This document shows positions 50,909 to 60,824 of a DNA stretch of 64,000 nt, piece by piece. The stretch covers positions 28,823,821 through 28,887,820 of the forward strand of contig NC_092379.1 in NCBI RefSeq assembly GCF_030028105.1, in the 5' to 3' direction. The number at the start of each line of letters is the position of its first letter. Positions within the stretch are counted from its first letter, which is position 1. The stretch comes from Mobula birostris. Its lineage: Eukaryota. Below the pieces are notes generated by a model that worked only from the letters and a program-made list of their open reading frames with translations, ran no database searches and was not told where the DNA came from. A program made the translations under genes and the position numbers.

Positions 50909-51216
50909 TCCGTAAGTTGGTCTTCTAAATGGGAGCTGAACCAGGGAAGTCAGAACTGAACCTATTTAGCTAGCGATCTGAATGGAACTGCGACACTTTC
51001 AGTTTCTTAATAATTTACTCTAATTCTAATGTATGTGCCGATGTCACAACTCCGTCCTTCGTTGTGCTTTAAATGATACTTCATTTCTAGCAATGGATCA
51101 CCGTCCTTGGCCCGTCTTTCGTGACTCTCTTAAATTTTCGTCACCGTGGCACGCTGTGTCTGTCTCTGTAGGCCAATCTAGTCCGTTGTTTGTCTACCCT
51201 ATACCTCCGCCGTCCA

Positions 51217-51269
<53 letters not shown>

Positions 51270-51762
51270 CACGCTCCCTAGCTCTGTGGGTACATCCGTT
51301 TACAAGCTGCAGTTGACTCGGTATTCCGGTATTCATTGTCTATATGAAAAACACCAATTGTTCTCCACTTTTAAGAAGCTAATGTTAATAGAGTCCATCT
51401 GAAATTTATCTTCATCAGTAGGATTTACATGACAGCTTAGCCGATGCTGTCTAGTCACATGCACCCTCCGTATCTCCAGGTTGCACTCATCTTCACTGTA
51501 AACCGCGCAAGCTCGTCAAAAATTATGTTCAACCAAATGTTAACCACACAATATTGTTATAGGCAACAGACACACAATATTGTTAACGACACTGAGATAT
51601 AGTGAAAAATGTTTCGGAAAAATGTCACAGTAATCGGAGGTAGAGCTGAATTCAAGAAGTGTTCCTCAATGTTTGGCGCATTTTGCTGCTGAATGCAGCA
51701 TTTTAAGTCGACAGGGTGATCCTTATGCTTTGTGCGTGTGGCTGTTCCAGTCTCCCAGCTAA

Positions 51763-51776
51763 GGTGCCCTCTAGTG
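51763..51776 (-). promoter_or_regulatory. CTCF-type motif
   Basis: Minus strand CACTAGAGGGCACC. Confidence 0.65.
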
Positions 51777-51816
51777 ATCACGAATCCGGACCCGCGGTGT
51801 CCCTGCAATTCTGTAG

Positions 51817-52245
51817 AGTGCATTGCACAGTGGTATACACCAGAGTCTGGGACAAGAACTCCAGATATATATAAATGAGCTGACTCTGCCTCTGCGTATA
51901 TCAGCTGAAAATCTCGCCGAACATTCTGGAGGTTGCACCAGTGTTCCTGAGCCATATATATTCAGTATTTACTTTTGAAGATGTTCCGCGATGCTAAGTG
52001 TATCAAAAATATTTGCATTAGTTCTTGTGTAATTGCAGTTTAGCGTTATGAGCTGACTTTCGTCAGCCGTTAATTTGGTAGCATGCTAGATCACCGAACC
52101 TTTCTCTCTCGTTCCTGCATTAAAGAACAAAATGCACTAATATCCCTGAGTTGCACTGAACTCACCTGGCACTCTCTGGTCATATGTGCAGCGACCTGCC
52201 TCTCAGGATGACGAATGTAATGAATACGAACCAAAGGGAGCACAT
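51817..52245 (-). pseudogene. TCR V pseudogene (family C)
   Basis: Leader MCSLWFVFITFVILR with GC donor; SVI* stop; same Trp-codon frameshift as other family-C copies; AHLYISGVLVPDSGVYHCAMH. Confidence 0.9.
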
Positions 52246-53668
52246 GCTTCTGGCTTCAGCCTCGACAGGACGGTGGATAACTTCCAAGAAATTATCGCTA
52301 TAGCAGATGTTAAGGAGTAAAATCGTATCAAAAAGGATTTCACGGTGCCCTGCTCAACGATTGGTCGAGAAAACGGAGCAGGTGCTCTATGAACACGAAA
52401 AAGAATCGGATTTCGTTGATTTTCGCTCTCTGCCTTTTCCCCCACACTGTAAATCTTCCTCCGCATCTCTCTCTCTTTTTTCCCTCCTCTCTCTCCACTC
52501 CCTATCTCTCTCTATCTATCTATTTATCTGTCTTTCTCTCTTTCTTGCTCTTTCTCTCTGTCCCTCTTTCTCACTCTCTTGCTCTCTTCCCGTCTTGTTC
52601 TCTGACACTTCAGCTCTCTTTCCGAACATTGATTTCTATTTATCTACCTCTTTTGTTCGCTCCATGAATTCATTATCGCTTCCTTTGCCTCTGCTCTCTC
52701 CCTTCTGACACCATGTCACCCCACGCTAACCAGCGTATTACTGAGTCATCCACCATGTCATGACTTTCGACTAGTCCTGCTATTTATCTTATCAATAGCC
52801 TTTTAATTCATTGACGAAATACCTTTCAATCAATCAGCATCCCGCTAGATATTGCTTGTCAATAGCACACCAAATATTTACTCGCTGACGTTTTTCCATA
52901 AGTGAGCCAATCTCCTGTACATTGCAATAGACTCAATTGAGAATTTATTTTCTGCAGTTGCCTTCCGCCTCACATCTTAATGGCTCCTTTCTCAGAATAT
53001 AAAGACCCTTTAAGTCCTGTTCACCGTGTGCCATGACGGAAATCATGCGAAGTGTTCAAAGTCGTGATTGTGTATTGTAGACAACAAGAGGAAATGGATA
53101 TTGCGATGTCTCGAAAGTCTTTTAAATTCTTATGTTTACCGACAAACTGAATTTAGGCCGAGCCGCCTGCGATCCTGAGAGTTGCCAGGTTAAGGCGAAC
53201 GAGTGACCCTCCTTCGTTTCCGCGTCGATTCTTGACTCGCTTTCCAGTCAGTGCTCTGTACACTAGCTAGCGACTGAATTGCCGTGTCGATTATTCCCCT
53301 TTAATGGTGCGTGCTGCATGGCAGAAAGATACAATGAAGAGTCCGACGCAAGAGCCTCGGTGGTGTATCATTGAACTATCTTCGATCATTTCGCAAACCA
53401 GTGGTAAACGGGAAAACATGTTTTCTATGTTTCTACATATCTAAGTTTCTATGTCTTGACGTGCCCATGTGTCTCGCTTCCGACGGAATCAGAAAGACCA
53501 TAAGACCATAAGATATAGCTACAGAAGTACGTCATTTAGCCCATCGAGTCTGTTCTGCATTGAATCATGGGCTGATCCAATTCTTCCAGTCGTCGCCATT
53601 CCTCTGCCTTCTCTCCATACCCTTTGTTGTTCATGCTAATCAAGAACTTATCTCTCTCAGCCATAAAT

Positions 53669-54432
53669 CAGTGGTCCCCAACCACCGGGCCGCGGACTGC
53701 TATTGGACCGCAAAACATGTGCCACCGGGCCACGGGGAAACTATATAATTTGCGGATATGAAACGATGTGAGTCATCTGCACCTTTCCTCATTCCCTGTC
53801 AAGCCCACTATTGAACTTGAACGCACGCGAGGTCATTACTCACGGGAGGACATCAGTTTGTCATTAACCTGCAACTATGCAACTACTCAATGAGTAAAAA
53901 ACAAAACGTCGCTTGAGAGTTTCTTTGTAAGAGATGGTAGGAGACATAAAAGGCCTAACGATGATGATAACGCAGAGACAGCTGAGGCCGAGACTGCGAA
54001 AAATAAAAAAAAAACAGAAGGCTTCCTTCAACAGAAAATGCAACGAGTCGTACATAAAATATGGCTTTATTGCGACCGGTGACTTGCAGGCTCCAAGCTC
54101 CCTGTATGTACTTTATGGAGACAAGCTGTCTAATGAGGCAATGAAGCCCTCAAAACTGCGACGGAACCTTGAGTCCAAGCATTCTGCATTTAAAGACAAA
54201 GCCGTTGAGTTTTTTGAGCAGAAGAATCGTGATCAAGCGGAACAGAAGCAAGTGCTGAAAGCCACCACCTCCACAAATGCTGCTGCTCTGAGAGAGTCGT
54301 ACTTAGTGGCTAGCCATATTGCTAAGGCTAAGAGGCCATTCCATTGTTGGTGAAGAATTGATTCTGCCTGCTGCCAAAGACGTGCGGTAAACTGTTGGGA
54401 GAAGCTGCAGCTAACAAGATGGCACAATTCAC
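53669..54432 (+). mobile_element. hAT (Buster/ZBED5-like) fragment, duplicate of the 40520 copy
   Basis: TIR CAGTGGTCCCCAACC; ORF 53934-54353 with KPSKLRRNLESKH...SYLVASHIAKAKRPF. Confidence 0.88.
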
Positions 54433-54546
54433 CTGTAGGGGACCTACTTTTGTCTTAACCAATCTTTTTCTTTTCACATATCTATAAAAGCTCGGGCTTT
54501 CTTCGCACATACGGAACAGATAGAGACCGTTACCGTGGAGACTCAC

Positions 54547-54592
54547 AAGGCATCATAGTCAATATAATCAGCAGATAACACAGAGAATTCAT
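54547..54592 (-). pseudogene. Orphan family-B leader exon (V exon deleted)
   Basis: MNSLCYLLIILTMMP with GTGAG donor; the intron breaks into a CR1 scrap (FYRYVKRKRLVKTKVGPL) and then the hAT. Confidence 0.85.
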
Positions 54593-55669
54593 GGTGTCTG
54601 GCTTCAAACTCGATCGAAAGACAGCTTACTTTCAACAAGTTAATATCCTTGACCGATATTGAAGGAGAAACTCAGATCTGCAGCTTATTTCAGCTGACGT
54701 TGCCCTGCCAATGAATTGATTGGCTGTGAGCACCGAGCTACGCCAGTCCGAGCACCAATCACAGATCGGTTTGTTCAGGTTCTCTATATGCTTTTAAAGA
54801 TCCGACGCCCGGAGCTGTAAATAGCGTTGTGCTAACCACTGTGCAAGAGTCGTTATACTTCACTCGCACTCTCTTGCATTCTTCTTCCAGACAGGCTCCC
54901 ATCCTTATTCCTTTCTCCTCCCGACGTTTTTCGCTCCACTCTATGTTCATCGATCACCATCTCTCGCTCTCTCACTTCATTTCTCTTACGTCTCCCTGAG
55001 TTATCCACTTTGTCATTCCATCATACCAAACAGCCCCCTTTCTCCTCCCACTTTACTCACCATATCAACCGCCCACCGTTTTCCCTGGATATCACTTCCT
55101 CTGCCCACTCGCAAACCGCAATTCACACTCAGACGCATTTATCCCCACATTTCTTCCCTCCGGCAAACGGGCGAAACGCCACTGACGCAGACAATAAGAA
55201 AAACGTCTTCACTCTGGGGACCGGGGAATGCGCGCTGTGTGTTAGTCTCTTGCCTCTCTGCGATTCAGCCTTCTGTCTCCAGGAAAAATTGTCGTCGTTT
55301 GTGTCTTGTGGACGGACGAGAGTTGGATGAAAAAATTGCAGATGCTGAAAATCCAACGCAACTCACAAAACGCTGGAGGAAGTCAGCAGGTCAGGCTAAA
55401 TCTGGGGAAAGTGTAAATAGTCGACGTTTCGGCCGAGACCCTTCTTTAGGACTGAGAATTAAGGGGGGATATGCATAAATTAAAATGTGAAGGAACATGG
55501 AAGAGTCTGACTGAAAGGCTACAGGTTAAAGTAGCTAGCTGGGACAGGCCAAGGACTGTAGAAGAAAGAAACTGATGATCTTATTAAGGCATGATCTTCT
55601 TCAATTGCGCAGCAGGTTCGACGGGTCGAATGCAATACTCCAAGACTTATTTCTTACGGCCTTACGTTC

Positions 55670-55870
55670 GGCCCTTCCACGGCCATTAATTACCTCACAT
55701 CCTGAGTCACTGAATTTACACCACTCGTACCTGTAACAAATCATGGAGAGCGTGAGTGGCGGCGGAACTTAATGACTGTTCATAACACGCGCAAACTGAT
55801 GAAGAAGAAATTATCCAGATAGAACAGCCATTAAAATCAGCAACAAAAGCGAGGGTGATACAGAGTCGGC
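55670..55870 (-). pseudogene. Truncated V pseudogene (duplicate of 9636-9830)
   Basis: tttgttacag GTSGVNSVTQDVR*LMAVEG, then SINE/CR1 tail. Confidence 0.75.
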
Positions 55871-55899
55871 ATTAACATCAACAATAGGATTTTTTTCAA

Positions 55900-58355
55900 A
55901 TTGTGATCCAGGTGAAGGTAATTACGTCATGTCCGGTGCATCAGAGGCTCGGGGGAAACACGTGCCCTTCCTCTCGAACCGGATTAGTATATTGCCTATG
56001 ATGTGCCTTCGACTCGACAGGCGTGTTGGGTCTAGGTCATCTTCTCTTAGGGTTTCATTTTACCCCTCTGACTTTACATAGTGTAGTAGATGGCTGTTGT
56101 GTTTTATTCATGACAGATGTTGCAGACCTGGGAGATCCAGAGTCTCCCAGGGAACTACATCTGCAAGGAATGTATCTGGAAAAGCTCCTTGCAGACCATA
56201 GTAGGGATCTGGAGTGACCATCTCAATGACCTTCGGCTTGTACGGCAGAGCGAGAAGATAATCGATCGGTGTCATAGGGAAGTAGTCACCGCGAAGCTGC
56301 AGGAGGCAAGTGGCTATTGGACTACCAATAGAAATGGAAATGTGAATAGACAGTTAGCGCAGCGCACCCCTGTGGTCATTCCTGTCAATAGTAAGAATAT
56401 TTTTCTGCATACCTATCTGGGGGATGAACTCCCAGGGGCATGCTAGGGAGACACGGCTAATGCAACGCAGCATAGGTACGTGCTGCAGATGGGAAAAGGG
56501 TGAAGAAGGCAGCGGTAGCGATAGGGGACTCAGCAATCATGGTAACAGAGAGCAGATTCTGTGGACGCGAGCACAGCACCCTGATGGTATGCTGCCTCCC
56601 ACATGTCAGTTTCCAACCGCGTCAACGACATGTTAGAGAGGGAGGAGCAGCATCCAGGTGCCATGGTACACATTGGCAACAATCACACACTAAGGAAAAG
56701 CAAAGAGATCCTGATAAGGGTATTTGCAAAACAAGGAAGAAGGCACGAGCTGATGCTGACGGGTACGAGGGATGTGCAGTTACTATTACAAAGCTCAAAG
56801 AGCCGAAAGAGTTAAGTTACCCGTACCAGATGAACTGCAACCTCAGGTTCTGAAAGAAGTAGTGGTAGAGAGTATGGCGATATTATTAATGATCCTTCAA
56901 AGTTATCGGTCTGTGGCATGGTGCCAGAGGAACGTAAAATTGGAAACGTCACTCTACTCTTTAAGAAAAGAAGAAACTAATGACCTGTTAGCCTGATCTC
57001 AGTGGTTGGGAATATGTTGGATTCAATGGTTAAGGCTGAAGTTACGGTTTGTTTGGTGCAGAGGACCAGATAGGAGAAAGGCAGAGTGGTTTCCTTAGGG
57101 AAAATATTGCCTGACGATCATGTTGGAATTATCGGAGGAGACTACGTGTAAGTCAGATAAAGCGGGTGCAATGGATGTTGTATGTGAGGAGTTTAGTAAG
57201 GCCTTTGCCAAGGTGCCAAATATGAGGATGCTTACCAGGTTAAAAACCTATGGTATTACAGGAAGTTTACTGGCATAGTTAGAGCACTAGCTGTCTGGCA
57301 GAAGGTTGCGAATAGCACTAAAATAATCACTCTCCGGTTGGCTACCGCTGTCAAGTGGTGTTCGCAGTGATCCGTGCTGGGACCAATGGTTCTTATGTTG
57401 TACATCAGTCATTTAAATGATAGAATCGTTCGCTTTGTTGCCAGGTTTGCAGATGATTCGAAGACTGACGAAGGGTCAGGGTGCATTGATAAAATAGGTA
57501 ATCTGCAGAAGGCCTGAGACAAATGACCAGAATGGGAAAGAAGTGGTAAATGAAATATAATGTTGGAAAATGCATGGTCATGCACTTTGTTGGAAGAAAT
57601 AATTGTGCAGACTACTTTCTGAAAGTGGACAAAAGGCAAACCGAAAATGTGCAAAGTTGTAACACGGCTTGGTAGTCCTTGTGCAGAACACCCTAGAGAT
57701 TAACTTTCTCGCAGAGTCGGCGGTGAGGAAGACAAATACAGTGTTAGAACTCATTTCAGAGGGTGGAGAATACAAGCGTAGGGATGTGATGCTGACGCTT
57801 AAAGGCACTGGTTAGGCCCCACTTTCAGTATTGTGAACAGTTTTGGGCTCCTCATTGCAGAAAAAAATCCGCTCGCAATGGATGATTCCAGTAATGCAAG
57901 TGTTATCATACGAGGAAAGTTTGATATTGACGAGTCTCTGTTCCTTGGCATTTAGAAGGATGAGGGGGATCTCACTGATTCCTTTCTAATATTGAAAGTC
58001 CTAGACAGAGTAGATGTGTAAAGGATGTTTCATATGGTGGGGGAGTCAAGGACAAGAGGGCATAGCTTCAGGCAAGACAACGTCACCTTAATACAGAAAT
58101 GCGGAGAGATTCCATCAGCGCGAGTGTGGTGAATGTGTTGCATTTATTAGCACGGGCAGCTGTGGAGGACAGGGGGTTAGGTATACATAAGGCAGAGCGT
58201 GATATGTTTTCAATTGGCCACTGTATCAAAGGTTCTGAAGGGAAGGCCGGGAGTGGGGCTGAGGAAAGGTCAATCGATCAGCCATGATTTAATGGCGGAG
58301 CAGATTCGACGGGCCAAATGCCCTAATTCTTCTGCTATGTTTTATGGTCTTATGG
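55900..58355 (+). mobile_element. Degenerate CR1 LINE (duplicate of 9870-12335)
   Basis: ORF1 motifs SLPGNYICKEC and VAIGDSAIMVTESRFCG..MVCCLP; RT remnants; CR1 tail. Confidence 0.82.
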
Positions 58356-58814
58356 TCTTACCCTCTCTTTCAAAATGGGCAAGTTGTAGCAGACTTTCAA
58401 TTTTTCGCTCTCGACCCTTGTCGCGCGTTTCCTCTTGCTGTATCCTTACCAGGAGATGTCTTCTTTCCTTCTTTGTCTCCCTTAATCACTCTTATCACCT
58501 GTTTCTCTCCTTTCTGACCATTCTCTCAGCCCTGCTCTTTCCGTTTCTCTTTTTTTTTTGTCCTCCACTTTTCTCTCTAACTTCCGTTCACGAAACTGCT
58601 ACTAGAGGTTCTAGGTGTATTATAGCTCTCGTCGCCCTGCCCCTTCACCCCCTTGTAGCCTCTGAGCAGAGAGGTTGCGCTGTCTCATGGCTCCTGAGGA
58701 CGAGAAGTTGTTCGATGTTGAGCAGGATGCGGTGGGCCGCGAGCGTCCTTCATTGCATGCGTCCATTGTACGCAGGATCTGTTCTGTCCAGATCGGCTAT
58801 CGCACTGAATTACG

Positions 58815-58950
58815 GAGGGCTGACCATGCAAATATACATAGCGGTACCAGGCACAAAACCACTGAACGTAATTGAATCCAAGTAGTGGCAATTTCATGTT
58901 AAACAACCTGAAATCATCACCGATGAAGCTTGCTACTGAGTTTCACTCTC
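58815..58950 (-). pseudogene. 3' fragment of a V pseudogene
   Basis: MISGCLT*NCHYLDSITFSGFVPGTAMYICMVS followed by a decayed RSS flank. Confidence 0.6.
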
Positions 58951-60384
58951 ATAAGTCAACCACGTGATTCTCGCAAATATTTGGGTGCGCCACTTCGACT
59001 TTTCTATCACGACCCGCCCTCTAGCGACGGTTCACTGCATCACACCTCGCACACACACTATGCACTTTCAACATAAATTCACTTTGAACAATGACCATTT
59101 CTCACAGGCCGGTAATACAACGACCAAAATACTATAAGCATTCTCTATCACGCTAAACATCCGCAGGATCTGTCGCATGATTTAAATACTCAACATAAAT
59201 CATAAGTAGCCACTGCAACATCCTTAATTTTAACAGCATGTCACTTGCTGTTATTTGTCAAACTAAAAACAACGATCTGCCCACGCTCTGTTTTCCTTTA
59301 GTGAACTATTGTCCTACTTAAATATATTGCAGTTTCACTCCGTCCTTATTACTTCTCCGTGCAGAACCTCGAACAATGTGGCCAAAGGCGAAGTCATACT
59401 ATGTTGTCAATCGCGATATGCTGTTGCAGCAAAGAGGATGGGTGAATGCACATTGCCGTATCCCGGAAATACATTATAAACACACGGTCTGGGTGCGCGT
59501 TGTAGTCATGAACTGTTCTATTACCTTTGGTGCCTTGTGTTGGTGATTGCAGCGCTGTTAAGTAGGGCATGTGACCACAGCTGTTTTCAGTGTGCGCACT
59601 CCCAATTCACCGGCAAAAGACGCCTTCCGGTCAGACCTTTTTTGCTTTATACAGAACCTATAAGAAACTGAGGGACATATGCTCACTCGCTTCAGCCCCG
59701 CTGGGATCGCGAATCACTTACAACAATGTATCAACATGACAGATAAGGGAGTGTAAAACGTATCGGAAGTAGACTGAATGGTGCAATGCTCAACGATTGC
59801 AAGATAAAACCAGAACAAAGGCTATATGAGCATTAGTCAGAATCCAGTTCCGTTGAAAGCCCGTTTTTGCCTTTTCCCACACTATAAATCTCTCTCTCTC
59901 TCTTTCTATCTCTCTCTCTCTAATTCTCTCTCTCTCTCTCTCTCCCTCTCTCTCTTTCTTTCACTCCCGCCGCCCCACTCTACCTGTCTCCATCTATCTA
60001 TTTATCTACCTTTCTCTCTATATCTCATTCTCTCTTTCTCACTCTTTTGCTCTATCCCTACCGACTTCTCTCTCTCATTCTCACTCCGGACATTGATTTC
60101 TACTTTTCTATTTATCTACTCAGTCTAGCTTTCTTCGGCATTCTGCCCCGCTCTATCCTTTTTCACACCATGTCACTGCATGCCAACCAGCATATCAGCG
60201 ACAATTCCAACGAGTCATCCGCAAAGTTAGGACTTCCACCTGTTGCTGTTATCTAACTTATGATTAGCCTTTTAAGTTATTGACGGAATACCTTTGAATC
60301 TTCCAGGACCCCGTTGGATATTTCTTGTCAATAGCACATTAATATTTATTCCCATAGAGGAAATGGGATTAAATGGTTAGCGGT

Positions 60385-60795
60385 CATGGAAGGCACCGGT
60401 TAGAGCAGACACACATTGCGAACACTGAGGTTTGCAGATCCAGTATCGCTGTGGAACTTTGAGTGTTGAACTGCGCAAAGTTATTCAGCGGAGTCCGGCA
60501 CGATGCCCCCGAACTTACTTGAGCGAAACATCTTTCCCCAGAGACCGGAAACATTACTGGACGTGTCTTCGCGTAGAACAATACAGTGACACGGTCTGCT
60601 CTTTCACGGTCATTAAATCCCTCCTTTTTGGGTTCACAAACTCTGCTCCACTCGTCCCTTTAACAGGCCCCGAATGTAGTGGGGCGACAGAACGCACTGA
60701 CCCTGCAGGACGCGCTCAGACCGATTAGACGGATTCACCAAGCAGAGTAGCCGATACAAAGACCATCGAGGGGTGGTTGTAGCGGGAACATCGTA
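60385..60795 (-). pseudogene. Degenerate TCR V-like pseudogene (family D)
   Basis: Leader-like segment with GTGAAT donor at 60738; GTSGAEFVNPKRRDLMTVKEQTVSLYCS; FR3-like SKFHSDTGSANLSVRNVCLL. Confidence 0.6.
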
Positions 60796-60824
60796 CATTG
60801 AATAAAGTAAACAGAGAGTGATTT

